A model generated the notes under the pieces. That model saw only the letters and a program-made list of their open reading frames with translations, was not told the origin of the DNA and made no database searches. Source: an uncultured bacterium (lineage in GTDB: Bacteria; Chlamydiota; Chlamydiia; Chlamydiales; SM23-39). From it: 64,000 nt of DNA. This document shows, piece by piece, positions 1-9,760 of the stretch. The DNA lies in assembly GCA_963716985.1 (NCBI GenBank), contig OY970323.1:1024001-1088000 (forward strand). The letters are read 5' to 3'. The position numbers were made by a program, and so were the translations under genes. The number at the start of each line of letters is the position of its first letter. Within the stretch, counting starts at the first letter, position 1.

Positions 1-750
1 TGGTTTGGGCGAATATTGGCGGCTTTGTTTGGAATTATCACTCCATTTTGCTCCTGCAGCGCGGTCCCTCTTTTTTTGGGATTTGTAGAGGCGGGCGTTC
101 CATTGGGGATTACCTTCACATTTCTTATCGCATCTCCCATGATCAATGAAGTAGCTTTGGTTTTGCTTTTCGGGCTTTTTGGGATGAAGGTGGCCCTTAT
201 CTATGTTGTGAGCGGACTTCTCATTGCGATTTTTTCGGGATTTTTGATCGAAAAGATCAAGGTGGAAAATCTGATCGAGAGCTATGTCTACGATAAAAAA
301 CAGGAACGAGTAAAGCATGGACTTTCCATGAGCTGGAGGGAGAGGATCGCTTACGCGAGACACTACACGGGAATGATTGTTCAAAAAGTCTGGTTTTTTG
401 TCGTCATAGGTATTGGCATCGGCGCTTGGATCCATGGATATGTTCCGATCGATTTTCTGGCCAGATATGCGGGTGCGGACAAATGGTATGCAATTCCTTT
501 GGCAACGCTGATTGGCATTCCTCTTTATTCCAATGCGGCGGGAGTCATTCCTTTGGTGAACGCTCTGACTGAAAAGGGTGTGTCAATGGGAACCGCTCTT
601 GCTTTTATGATGGCGGTCACGGCACTTTCTTTTCCCGAGTTTGTTATATTAAAAAAAGTGATGAAGGCAAAATTGATTGCGATTTTTGCTGGCATCGTGG
701 GGGTTGGTATTATGATTGTGGGATATCTCTTCAATTGGCTTTTGGGATAG
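1..750 (+). CDS. DUF318/ArsP-family permease (5'-partial at window edge)
   Basis: TPFCSCS motif, FLIASP, PLYSN and MMAVTALS motifs, multiple TM segments; frame open to position 1. Confidence 0.85.
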   Translation, partial: WFGRILAALFGIITPFCSCSAVPLFLGFVEAGVPLGITFTFLIASPMINEVALVLLFGLFGMKVALIYVVSGLLIAIFSGFLIEKIKVENLIESYVYDKKQERVKHGLSMSWRERIAYARHYTGMIVQKVWFFVVIGIGIGAWIHGYVPIDFLARYAGADKWYAIPLATLIGIPLYSNAAGVIPLVNALTEKGVSMGTALAFMMAVTALSFPEFVILKKVMKAKLIAIFAGIVGVGIMIVGYLFNWLLG

Positions 751-769
751 TTCTTGTGCCGCAATTTTG

Positions 770-803
770 AAAAGTTCAGCCAAGAGAGATGACTGAACTT
801 TTC
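770..803. terminator. Probable bidirectional intrinsic terminator
   Basis: aaaagttcag...ctgaactttt inverted repeat between convergent genes. Confidence 0.55.
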
Positions 804-810
804 CTATCTC

Positions 811-1212
811 TTATTTCACTTTGATTTGAATCTTTTTTCCCTTCGTCCCTTTGGATTTTTTGAACGTGACTTTGAGAACGCCGTCTTTTGCCGATGCCTC
901 GGGAGATGCTTTATCATCGACTGTGGCGGGCAGAGGAACGCGATAAGAAAAGGACCTGGATGAATGGAGGTGAACCTTCATCTCCTTTTTCTCTTCTTTG
1001 ACCTCTCCTTTGATCCAGAGGATGTGGTCTTCGTAGGCAATCTCTATATCTTTTGAGGGGATGCCGGGAAGGGCCGCCTCGACGTAGATATTGTTTGCGT
1101 CTTCATAGACCGAGAGCCCCGAATCTTTTTTAAAGGGTAGGGCTTCGAAATGGGCTATCAGATCGCGAAGATCATTTTCTTCTCCAAATAGGGAAGGGAG
1201 CCAATATTTCAT
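811..1212 (-). CDS. Hsp20/alpha-crystallin small heat-shock protein
   Basis: VYEDANNIYVEAALPG...F.YRVPLP...A..KDGVLKV...K.IQI motifs; AGGAGG RBS. Confidence 0.93.
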   Translation of the reverse strand: MKYWLPSLFGEENDLRDLIAHFEALPFKKDSGLSVYEDANNIYVEAALPGIPSKDIEIAYEDHILWIKGEVKEEKKEMKVHLHSSRSFSYRVPLPATVDDKASPEASAKDGVLKVTFKKSKGTKGKKIQIKVK

Positions 1213-1237
1213 AAAAAATACCTCCTAGGTTTTTCAT

Positions 1238-1789
1238 TCACGAAAGGAAGTGTAATTCTTTTTTTATTTTTTTAAAATCCCTCTTCAATCGCGATAGGAT
1301 CTGCCGGCTTCTTCTAGCAGCTGCGGGATGATAAAGTGCAATCAATAAGAGATCTCCCCAAGAAGAAGAAAGGTGAAAGACCTTGCCATGGAGATCTTTC
1401 ATCGTGGTGAAAGGAAGGTGAAACTTTTGGAAAAGAGCTTGGGAGGACAGACGGCCAAGACAGATAAGCGCGCGGGGTTTTAATCTAGCAATTTCTTGCC
1501 AAAGGTCCTCTCTCCAATAGAGCATCTGTTGGGCCGAGGGAGTTTTTTTTCTTAAAGGGCATTTGAAGAGGTTGGTAATGTAGAGTTTTTCTCGCAAAAG
1601 ATGCGTGGAAGAGAGAAGAGCGTTTAACAGTTTTCCCGATCTGCCCACAAAGGGCCTTTTTTTATGAACCTCTTCTTTGCCCGGAGATTCGCCGATTAGG
1701 CAGATGGTTGGATTTTTAGGGCCCTCTCCAAAGACGAGCGGCGTGCACTTTTTTTTCGGTTTTTTTTTGAACGAGGACTTCATGGACAA
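1238..1789 (-). CDS. Uracil-DNA glycosylase, family 4-like
   Basis: GEG, IGESPG.EE...RPFVGRSG, YITN..KC, YHPAA motifs. Confidence 0.9.
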   Translation of the reverse strand: MSMKSSFKKKPKKKCTPLVFGEGPKNPTICLIGESPGKEEVHKKRPFVGRSGKLLNALLSSTHLLREKLYITNLFKCPLRKKTPSAQQMLYWREDLWQEIARLKPRALICLGRLSSQALFQKFHLPFTTMKDLHGKVFHLSSSWGDLLLIALYHPAAARRSRQILSRLKRDFKKIKKELHFLS

Positions 1790-1849
1790 TCTTTCAGGGG
1801 ATTCTTTTTGCTTTATAAGCGAAAGGAGAGTGGAAAAACAAGAAAAACA

Positions 1850-3190
1850 TCAAACCCGGATGGCCGAAAGGGGAGCTTTCTTTCTTGTTATTTGTAAAAA
1901 GATCTTCTTGACCGGGGGCGGGATGGATTTTTCGAAATCTACATGCCAGCCGGATTCATCAAGGACGCTTTTTTCGAAGACGTATCTGCCCATGCCGATG
2001 AGGGCGGTAATGACCATCAAAAGAGTAGCGGCGATGCCGCCTCCGGGAGTGCAGAACAGAAGAACCACTCCAATCAATGTGAGGATGACGACAGTCATTC
2101 CGAGCGCATGAAGACAGGCTTTTTTGATCGCTTGTGTTTGCAGCGAAAAGACCAGATTTTCTGCAAGAGCCAATGAAGTGTCGCTTTTTGCCGCAAGATC
2201 TTTCAGTAGGCCCGGAAGCTTGTTTTTGAGAATATTTTGAACAAACGTATGTCCGAGGTTTTTGGAGAGAGAAATTTGGGCGATGCGCACCCGATTTTTA
2301 AGCCGATTTTCCCTCTTCGAAAGGAAAGAGATGAGCTCTTGGGCGGCAGGCGCTTGCTTGTTAAAAAAGAGGCGTCTTTTTGGTTGGTATTTTTGAAAGA
2401 TTTCTCTGATGGCGGAGTTTTGTGCAATCGCATGAGGCGAGCTTTTATACTTCGTTAACAGTGCAATTTGTTTTTGGAGCTTTGCTAGTTTTTTTTCTTT
2501 CTTTAGAGAGAGGGTAAAATTTTTCCTATAGAAATAGGATAGGTGAAAGGTCAAAACAGACCGTTTCATCTTTTGAAATGCACTATTTGAAGCGCAAATA
2601 GGGGCTGAAGAAGTTGTAAATTTTTTACAATCGTCCAGGAATGTTTGAACGGTTTTTTTTCCCAAAAAATTTTCGAATTTTTTTCGATTTTTTTCTATTT
2701 GCAAAAGATAATTTTTCAAGGAATCTATTGGATTTTTAGATGAGGGCAGTGAAAGAAATTTTGTGAGGTGAAAAAATGGTTTTTTTAAAAAAAGAATCGG
2801 CCGGCTTAGGCTGATTGCCTCGACCCCTCCCTCTACTGAGCAGAGGACGAGGGCCGTAATGTTGCAAGAGAGGGCAAGGGCGATGAATCCGCAGGTGGGC
2901 GAGAGTTGAAAAAAAGTAAAGAGTTTCTGCAAGCAGGAGATGATCGCTTGGCCAAAAGAAAGAAGCGCAGAGGCGATGCGAACGAGGGCCCTATTTCTTG
3001 TGGAGACATCTCCTATTTGAATGCTTCTCTTCAAAGCAATAGAGGTATCTTTAATGTCGAGTGGCGCGCCCAGCACATTCGTGATGCCCGGAAGAAGGGG
3101 CGTCGGTTGAAAAATTGTGACCTCATGAGAAGAATCGTGTTGAAAATAGGAAATAATAGATTGTATCTTTGTAGTAATTGAATGTGTCAT
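1850..3190 (-). CDS. Hypothetical membrane protein with bilobed hydrophobic segments (Inc-like candidate)
   Basis: 446-aa ORF; hydrophobic pair near aa 70-120 and ~40-aa bilobed hydrophobic stretch near the C-terminus, basic helical middle. Confidence 0.65.
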   Translation of the reverse strand: MTHSITTKIQSIISYFQHDSSHEVTIFQPTPLLPGITNVLGAPLDIKDTSIALKRSIQIGDVSTRNRALVRIASALLSFGQAIISCLQKLFTFFQLSPTCGFIALALSCNITALVLCSVEGGVEAISLSRPILFLKKPFFHLTKFLSLPSSKNPIDSLKNYLLQIEKNRKKFENFLGKKTVQTFLDDCKKFTTSSAPICASNSAFQKMKRSVLTFHLSYFYRKNFTLSLKKEKKLAKLQKQIALLTKYKSSPHAIAQNSAIREIFQKYQPKRRLFFNKQAPAAQELISFLSKRENRLKNRVRIAQISLSKNLGHTFVQNILKNKLPGLLKDLAAKSDTSLALAENLVFSLQTQAIKKACLHALGMTVVILTLIGVVLLFCTPGGGIAATLLMVITALIGMGRYVFEKSVLDESGWHVDFEKSIPPPVKKIFLQITRKKAPLSAIRV

Positions 3191-3438
3191 TGAATTTTCT
3201 TTTTTTGTTCGTCATTGTAGCTTTTGCCATCCTTTAAATCAAGCACTAAAATCATTGCTAGTCAATGAGTTATATAATACAATCTTTATGAATATGTGAA
3301 AAAAACTTATCTTGATCATGCAAAAAAATAAAGGATTTCCGACTTTGTTTTTTTGTATGACTTAATGAAAATTTTCCAGAGATGCGGTTAAAATTTTCAC
3401 TCAAACAAAGATGTTTTTAGAAAAAGGCGAAAACTACT

Positions 3439-3873
3439 TTAGACGATTTCTAAAAGATGGATGTCAAAAGTAATATCTTTTCCTGCCAGTGGGTGGTTGG
3501 CATCGAAAGTGACAAAGTCTTCCGAAAGATCCACAATTTTTGCGATGAAAACAGTTCCGTCGGGCTGCTGAATCTGGAGGTTCTGTCCTAAAGAGAGTTT
3601 TAATTCGCCGGGCAAGTCTTTCCTGTGAACAGTAGTAATCAGTTCTTTGAGATAGGGCCCAAAAGCTTCATCCGACACTAAGGTAATGGATTTTTTTTCT
3701 CCCCTTTTCATGCCCACCAGTGCTTTTTCGAACGCAGGAATGACTTGATTGTGCCCGATCGTTACGAGAAGAGGTTCTGCAAGTGTGGCAGAATCAAAGA
3801 TGATGCCCTCTTGAGAGGAGGCTTTATAATGAACTTTTACAGTATCGCCTTGTTTGGCTTTTGATAACGACAT
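3439..3873 (-). CDS. slyD: FKBP-type peptidyl-prolyl isomerase (SlyD-like)
   Basis: GDTVKVHY, G..QVIPAFEKAL.GM..GEKK, DANHPLAGK.I.F motifs; ATG at 3873. Confidence 0.9.
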   Translation of the reverse strand: MSLSKAKQGDTVKVHYKASSQEGIIFDSATLAEPLLVTIGHNQVIPAFEKALVGMKRGEKKSITLVSDEAFGPYLKELITTVHRKDLPGELKLSLGQNLQIQQPDGTVFIAKIVDLSEDFVTFDANHPLAGKDITFDIHLLEIV

Positions 3874-4042
3874 TGTTTTTCCCCTTGTGTTGATCTTAGG
3901 ATCTTTTTCCCGCATTAAAAAGAATCTCTCGTTTCCTTCTCTTTAGAGGGTCGATGCTATTTCGTCAATAGGTTAAAGAAAAAAACTTTACTCGTAGAGG
4001 ATTTTTTCTTATGTTCTTAAGAGGTGGCCAAAGAATCGGGGA

Positions 4043-4426
4043 ATGATGGAGTTTGTGGATTTTCTAACGGTTGTTATTTGCGCTTTTCTTTATTTTTTTT
4101 TGGATGGCTTTTTTCACTCCAAATATTTTTTTGCAACTTCCCTCGCGGCCCTGAGACGGAAAAAAAAGGGGAGATGGCTCCATTGGTGCAGCAGAGCTGT
4201 TGCCAGCTTTCTTGTCGTTTTCTTTGTGGCTTTTTTTGAAAATTACTTGCAGGTGGTTCATTTTTGGGACGGGGTCATCGCGGGGGCAATCATCGCCTTT
4301 GGCTTCATCATTCCTTCTCATTTTTTCTTATTTTTGCGGGGAGTTGAAAGCCGCACGCTTTTTTTTCTAGAAAGCGGCGTGGCTCTTTTTAATTTACTGT
4401 TGGTCGGTGGCATTTTAGCTGGTTAA
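4043..4426 (+). CDS. Small 4-TM membrane protein (DUF1761-like)
   Basis: 127 aa, four hydrophobic segments, upstream of the glycosyltransferase. Confidence 0.6.
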   Translation: MMEFVDFLTVVICAFLYFFLDGFFHSKYFFATSLAALRRKKKGRWLHWCSRAVASFLVVFFVAFFENYLQVVHFWDGVIAGAIIAFGFIIPSHFFLFLRGVESRTLFFLESGVALFNLLLVGGILAG

Positions 4427-4439
4427 AAGAGGAGTTCTC

Positions 4440-5741
4440 ATGAAGCCAAAAAAACAGAAAACCCTGTTGATCATTACTTCTTCCGGCGGAGGGGGGCTCA
4501 TTCAGGCAGCAATTGCTAAAGAACAAGAGGCAAAGGCAAATGATGCCAATGTCCGGGTGGTTGTCAAGGACATCATGCAGGAGTGGGTATGGAAGGGATT
4601 TGGCCGCTTTGGTGTTTTTGCTTATAACTGGACCCAAAAAGGGGGGAGAATTTTTCTCCAAACCCTTTTAGTCAACTGTCAGCGGGCTGCCGAAGTTCTT
4701 TTTTGGCCGCGGATATTTTTCAAACTGCTTCGTCTGCTGCAAGAAGAAAAGGTGGACCGAGTCATTGATACGCAGCCGCTCGGGACAAAGGCGATTGTAA
4801 AAGCCCTTCGGATTTATCATAAAAGGAGCGGAAAAAAAATCCTGCTCGAAAAAATTGCAGTCGATTTGCCGACGCCCTCGTGCCAGCATTTTTTTCGCGG
4901 GGTCAAGTCTCTTTCTGAAGAGGACAAGAAATATCTTTCTTTTGTGTCGATCGAGCCCCTCTTGGAGCCCAATCAGAGCGAGGCAGACTTTTGGCAAAAA
5001 CATTGCGGCCTGCCCCTTTCTCAGGTGGTATATGAAAAATATCCCATTCGCCAGAGTTTTAAACAAATCATGAAAAAATCTTCCTCTTTCTCCGTCAAGG
5101 AGATCTTTGTGCGCGCATCCAGTGAAGAGGAGAGTAGCTGCCAGCGCAAGATTTTTGAAAGAGGTTCCATCTCATTTTCTCCGACCTTTCAAGGGCATCT
5201 CTTTGCGATTCCGCCAGAAGACCGCGTGATGGTTGTTCTTCTTGGCACCAACCCATCGGAAAATGCAGCTTTTCGCTATATTGTTGAAACGTTGCGAGCC
5301 GCGCAAAAGAGCGGATATGCAAAAAAGATCCACCTGTTTGTTTTTTGCGGAAAATTTAAAGGAGCTCTCTATCAAGAGGCCCTGCGTTTTCTGCAAGGCT
5401 ATGAGAACTATCCTAAAAACGTCACCGTGGTCCCCATGTCATTTCAAGCGGATGATGTCATTGCTCCTCTTTTTTTCAGAAGCAACCTTTTGATTACAAA
5501 ATCAGGCGGGCATACGGCAATGGAGCTCTTGGGAGTTGCAAAGGGATCTGTGTGGATTCATTCGGAAGCGAAAAAAAAGGACTCCTCTCCATGGACTTTG
5601 CAAGAACTTTTGAGAGGCATTGCTTCCTGGGAAGCGGGAAATGCGCATTATTTGAAGGAGAAAATGGGGGCCGAAATTGTGACCCCCGAGCGGTTTGTCT
5701 CTCTTTTTGAGGAGAAATTAAGCAAGGATTTTAGTGGCTGA
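4440..5741 (+). CDS. GT-B glycosyltransferase, MGDG-synthase/GT28-like
   Basis: N-terminal LIITSSGGGG..QAA, VIDTQP, LITKSGG.T.ME, WE.GNA motifs; AGAGGAG RBS. Confidence 0.75.
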   Translation: MKPKKQKTLLIITSSGGGGLIQAAIAKEQEAKANDANVRVVVKDIMQEWVWKGFGRFGVFAYNWTQKGGRIFLQTLLVNCQRAAEVLFWPRIFFKLLRLLQEEKVDRVIDTQPLGTKAIVKALRIYHKRSGKKILLEKIAVDLPTPSCQHFFRGVKSLSEEDKKYLSFVSIEPLLEPNQSEADFWQKHCGLPLSQVVYEKYPIRQSFKQIMKKSSSFSVKEIFVRASSEEESSCQRKIFERGSISFSPTFQGHLFAIPPEDRVMVVLLGTNPSENAAFRYIVETLRAAQKSGYAKKIHLFVFCGKFKGALYQEALRFLQGYENYPKNVTVVPMSFQADDVIAPLFFRSNLLITKSGGHTAMELLGVAKGSVWIHSEAKKKDSSPWTLQELLRGIASWEAGNAHYLKEKMGAEIVTPERFVSLFEEKLSKDFSG

Positions 5742-6300
5742 TTAGATAATCGACAAATCCTTCCCAATCCTTCTTATTACCGTTTTTGTAAAAGGAACGA
5801 AGGTCGTCTGCCGAGACGTTGAGCTGGGCTGAAAAATCTTCGATAAATCTATCCACTTTCCCTTTCTTAAATTCCACGTTGATCCTCTTAGACAGTCCAT
5901 GGACAAAGTTGGTCCACTTAAAATAGTCGCCTCGAATGTTATTCATGTAGTTTTTCAGATTCGGGTTGGAGAAAATAACGGCAAGAAATTTTAAAGGATG
6001 CACTTTTGCATTGATTTCGTCGCCCATTCTCTCAAGACGCGTTTTATGGTTCATCAGCAAGTCGAGTTTTCCTTTCGTCCCTATCGTTGTGATGAGATCG
6101 AAGATTTTGTTTCGATCCTCCTCGCTACAAGGGAGCTCGGAATAGGCTTGATAGTCTTCCTGTGGAGAGAGATTGATGATTCCTGCAAAAGGAATCGAAT
6201 AAGAGTGGGAAAAGGGGGTAAAGGACAAGAACCGGTTAGAGAAAAAGACAATCTCTTGTTTTATGGGACTTTCTTGAAAATCGATTGGCAAATCAAACAT
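5731..6300 (-). CDS. Hypothetical protein
   Basis: 189-aa ORF with GGAGGAG RBS; VHPLKFL..IF motif recalled from environmental chlamydial hypotheticals. Confidence 0.7.
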   Translation of the reverse strand: MFDLPIDFQESPIKQEIVFFSNRFLSFTPFSHSYSIPFAGIINLSPQEDYQAYSELPCSEEDRNKIFDLITTIGTKGKLDLLMNHKTRLERMGDEINAKVHPLKFLAVIFSNPNLKNYMNNIRGDYFKWTNFVHGLSKRINVEFKKGKVDRFIEDFSAQLNVSADDLRSFYKNGNKKDWEGFVDYLISH

Positions 6301-6483
6301 AAAGCTCCTCCGCTTTTATTTACTAAAATATTTTAATCAGAGAAAAAGATAAAAGAACAATCTTTTTTTGAGGGAAAAATTTCCTGTCGGGGAAAAGAGC
6401 GGCTACAAGCTTTTGGAAGAAAAAAAACCTTCCACGCAATATAGTTATCTTTTTTCGGGCCAGATCAAGAGGTTTTGGGTAGT

Positions 6484-7353
6484 ATGGGTAGAAAAATATT
6501 CCTTTTTTTCCTCCTGCTTTTTTCTCTTTTTGTTTTTGCCAGGGCCCTCAGGGAAACGGGAGGCGGTTTTCGTATGGGCAAGATCTTTCTGGAAAAAGAT
6601 CTTCAACTTCCCGCAAAAGAGCCCTCCTCGGAGCTGCTTGCCCTCTTGGATCAGCCCTTTTTTTATCTGGACCAGGGATGTCAAACCTATGTTTTCTTAA
6701 GTCAAGATCAGAAGAGCGTTCTCAAGATCATCCGCACAGAGCGTTTTCGCCCCCCTTTCTGGGCCCGTTGGATTTTGCTTCCAAAACGCGTAGGGGAAAA
6801 GCTCACAAAAGGCCGCACGGCCAATCTTCAACATGCCATGGCAAGCTATCGGATAGCCTATGCTTTTTTGCCCAATGAAACAAAAATTTCTTATGTCCAT
6901 TTAGGGCAGACGAAGGGATTGCCAAAAGTGCAGTTAAAAAATCGGTTTTTTCAGACCTTTGAAGTGGACTTGAACCGGGTAGGATTTTTGATTCAAAAGA
7001 GGGCAGAGCCGATGAAAAAAGCGCTACTGGAAAAGAAGGGAGATCTTCTATATGCCCAAAAGATCATTGCATCTTTTGTTTCCCTTGCCTCTTCGATGCA
7101 GGAGAAGAATATTCGCAATCGCGATTACAATTGCGTCAAAAATGCCGGCGTGGAGGGAGAGTCCGCGCTTTTTTTGGATGCGGGAAGCTTTGCTTTTGAA
7201 GAAAAGACGCTTTCATTTCCGGAATATGAGGCGAGGATGCGCCAATTTTTGAAGCATTTTTACCGTTTTGCCAAAAAAAGCTATCCCGAGCTTTTGCCCA
7301 TTTTGGATGAGGAGATTGCAAACCATTTAGAAACCAGAAAAAATCGCCTATGA
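6484..7353 (+). CDS. Membrane-anchored atypical kinase-like protein, paralogue 1
   Basis: N-terminal hydrophobic segment; FYLDQGCQTYVF...VLKII; IRNRDYNCVKN; FLDAG. Confidence 0.7.
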   Translation: MGRKIFLFFLLLFSLFVFARALRETGGGFRMGKIFLEKDLQLPAKEPSSELLALLDQPFFYLDQGCQTYVFLSQDQKSVLKIIRTERFRPPFWARWILLPKRVGEKLTKGRTANLQHAMASYRIAYAFLPNETKISYVHLGQTKGLPKVQLKNRFFQTFEVDLNRVGFLIQKRAEPMKKALLEKKGDLLYAQKIIASFVSLASSMQEKNIRNRDYNCVKNAGVEGESALFLDAGSFAFEEKTLSFPEYEARMRQFLKHFYRFAKKSYPELLPILDEEIANHLETRKNRL

Positions 7354-8216
7354 AAAACCATTGGAAAGGGAGTTTGGTTTTTTTAAGCGCGCTTGTTTTT
7401 GTTTGCGCGCTTTTCACCATCAAATATCTGGGCACCGGCGGATTTCGGGCGGAAAAAATTCATTCTCATTGTCTAACATCCGCCTCTTTTGATTTTTCCT
7501 CTTCCGGCTTTTCGGAAAAAATGCTGGATCAGCCCTTTTACTATTTAGGAAAGGGACGGCAGGCCTATGTTTTTAGCAGCCAAGATGGAAAGTATGTGAT
7601 CAAATTTCTTCGCGATCAAAAATACCGCCCCTCTCTTTGGATGAGAGCTTCGATTTTTTTTCACGCTCTTTCTTCTTCTCAGAAAAAGGTTTTAAGAGAG
7701 CAGAGCGAGCGTTTAGAAAGAGCTCTTTTGAGCTATCAACTAGCCTCTTTGAAGCTCTCTTCGGAAACGGAGATTTTGAGAACCCATATCGGGCAAGGGC
7801 CTTTGTCAAAAAACATTCTTCTTGTCGATGGGTTTTCAAGAAAGTTTGCAATCGATTTGGGAACAACCTCATTTCTTTTACAAAGGAAGGGCGAAAATTT
7901 GGGCCGATTTCTTTTGCGATGCCATCAAAAAAATGACGTAAAATTACTGCAAAGCGCAATTTGCGGTTTTTTTGAAACGATCAAACGGCGGGTGGGAGAA
8001 AACATTCTTGTGCGCGACGCCCACTGCACGCTGCAAAACACGGCCCTTTGCCGGGGGCGGGTGATCGAGATTGACGTGGGGAGTTTTTACGAGGATGCTC
8101 AGTGCGATAGAGCCTATGAGATCAAGCGATCGGCCGGGCCTCTTCGAGAATTTATCGAGAAAAACATTCCCGAGGTGCTCTCTTTTTTTGATGAAGAATG
8201 GAAGCGAGCTTTATGA
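7350..8216 (+). CDS. Membrane-anchored atypical kinase-like protein, paralogue 2
   Basis: YYLGKGRQAYVF...YVIKFL; ILVRDAHCTLQN; EIDVG; ATGA overlap with paralogue 1. Confidence 0.7.
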   Translation: MKNHWKGSLVFLSALVFVCALFTIKYLGTGGFRAEKIHSHCLTSASFDFSSSGFSEKMLDQPFYYLGKGRQAYVFSSQDGKYVIKFLRDQKYRPSLWMRASIFFHALSSSQKKVLREQSERLERALLSYQLASLKLSSETEILRTHIGQGPLSKNILLVDGFSRKFAIDLGTTSFLLQRKGENLGRFLLRCHQKNDVKLLQSAICGFFETIKRRVGENILVRDAHCTLQNTALCRGRVIEIDVGSFYEDAQCDRAYEIKRSAGPLREFIEKNIPEVLSFFDEEWKRAL

Positions 8217-9091
8217 AAAATTTTAGGATTTTTCTTCTTCCCTTCACGGTGGCCGTCTTGCTTTTTTTCTTAAGTCTTGCGCGAACGGATCTTTTTGAGG
8301 AGGGAAAAATTGATGGAAGAGGTGTTTTTCAAGATTGTAGAAATTCCCCTCAAAGCTCTTCGACAGCAGAGGGCCTGCTCTCCCGGCCATTCTATTATCT
8401 GGGCCATGGACGGCAGTGTTATGCATTTGAGAGCCAAGATGGACAATACGTAGTTAAGTTTTTCAACTTTTCTTCCAACCACAAGCCCTCCTTTCTCGAG
8501 CGCTTCAAGCTCCCTTCTTTTTTAGAGAAGATCTTTTTGCGCAAGGAGAAGAGGGGAAAAGCTTTTTTCCGGGGGTATTTCCTTGACGATCTTTTAAAAG
8601 ACACGTCTCCCAAAATGACCGCAACTCTTCTTGTCCAACTGGGACGGGGATCCTCTCACAAAGACTTGGCGCTCTATGACAAATGGCATCAGATGCATCA
8701 TGTCCATTTGGATGAGACGGCCTTTGTTTTGCAGCGGAAGGTTTACCCCTTTTTTTCTTGGTTACAAGAGTCTCTTTTTCAAGAAGATCTTTTTAGAGAA
8801 CGGATCGCTGCCTACGTAGATCTCATTTTTTCTCGTCTGGAGAGAGGAATTTTTGATCCTGACGGACGGTTGTTGGAACATATAGGCCTGGTCGATGGTT
8901 CTTTGGTTTTTTTTGATCAGGGCAGGATTTTTTTTGAAAAAAAATTGGAAGAGCCCTCTTTTAGGGTGCAAAAAATGAAAAAAGAGACTCAATTGCTCAG
9001 AAAGTTCCTTTTAAAGGAGCATCCTGAAAAGCTCAAAATCTTGGAAGAGGAGATCGCAAAAAGGCAGGGAGGTCACGGAAGAGAGCGCTGA
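8213..9091 (+). CDS. Membrane-anchored atypical kinase-like protein, paralogue 3
   Basis: YYLGHGRQCYAF...YVVKFF; IFDPDGRLLEH; FFDQG; ATGA overlap with paralogue 2. Confidence 0.7.
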   Translation: MKNFRIFLLPFTVAVLLFFLSLARTDLFEEGKIDGRGVFQDCRNSPQSSSTAEGLLSRPFYYLGHGRQCYAFESQDGQYVVKFFNFSSNHKPSFLERFKLPSFLEKIFLRKEKRGKAFFRGYFLDDLLKDTSPKMTATLLVQLGRGSSHKDLALYDKWHQMHHVHLDETAFVLQRKVYPFFSWLQESLFQEDLFRERIAAYVDLIFSRLERGIFDPDGRLLEHIGLVDGSLVFFDQGRIFFEKKLEEPSFRVQKMKKETQLLRKFLLKEHPEKLKILEEEIAKRQGGHGRER

Positions 9092-9717
9092 TGTAAAATT
9101 CCCACCACTTCTGCGTCGCTTGTTTGGTCAAAAAAATCGTAAAAATCGCTGACGCTGAAGAAATTTTCCACGATAAGGGGGCAGATGAGGGCGTCGACGC
9201 TTTTTTGGATTTTGAGAGATGTCTCTCGAGGCGCCACGGGAATGGCCACGACAATTTTTTTCACCCTTTGTTTTTTTAAGAAGAGAATGGAGGCCTCCAT
9301 TGTGGCGCCCGTTGCAATGCCGTCATCGATGAGAAGAATGGTTTTGTTTTTGCACTCGAGTTTTTTTCTTCCCTTTCGGAAAAGATCGACGCGGCGGCGC
9401 GCTTCTTCTCTCTGCTTTTGAATCTCTTCTTCTAAATAACTACTCGATACCTGTAGCTCTCGTATGACATCGTTGTGGAGTAAAACCTCTTCTCCGGCAA
9501 TGGCTCCGATGGCAAGCTCGGAATTGTTAGGAGCGCTTAGCTTTCTCGGGACGATCACATCGAGGGGAAGGTGGAGAAGATCGGCAACGGCCGCAGCCAC
9601 GACGACGCCCCCTCTTGGCAGGCCAAGGATGAGGGTGTCTTTCTTTTCTTTATAGGAAAGCAGGAGAGACGCTAGCTTCTCTCCTGCCTCTTTTCGATCT
9701 CTGTAGGCGCTCATCAT
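9073..9717 (-). CDS. Phosphoribosyltransferase family protein
   Basis: YRDR.EAG..LA, LGLPRGGV, ILLIDDGIATGAT PRPP-binding loop, F.Q.SD.EV. Confidence 0.92.
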   Translation of the reverse strand: MMSAYRDRKEAGEKLASLLLSYKEKKDTLILGLPRGGVVVAAAVADLLHLPLDVIVPRKLSAPNNSELAIGAIAGEEVLLHNDVIRELQVSSSYLEEEIQKQREEARRRVDLFRKGRKKLECKNKTILLIDDGIATGATMEASILFLKKQRVKKIVVAIPVAPRETSLKIQKSVDALICPLIVENFFSVSDFYDFFDQTSDAEVVGILHQRSLP

Positions 9718-9760
9718 TTTTCTTTAGCAAAAATCTTTGTTTAAAAAAAGGGGTCTTGTG

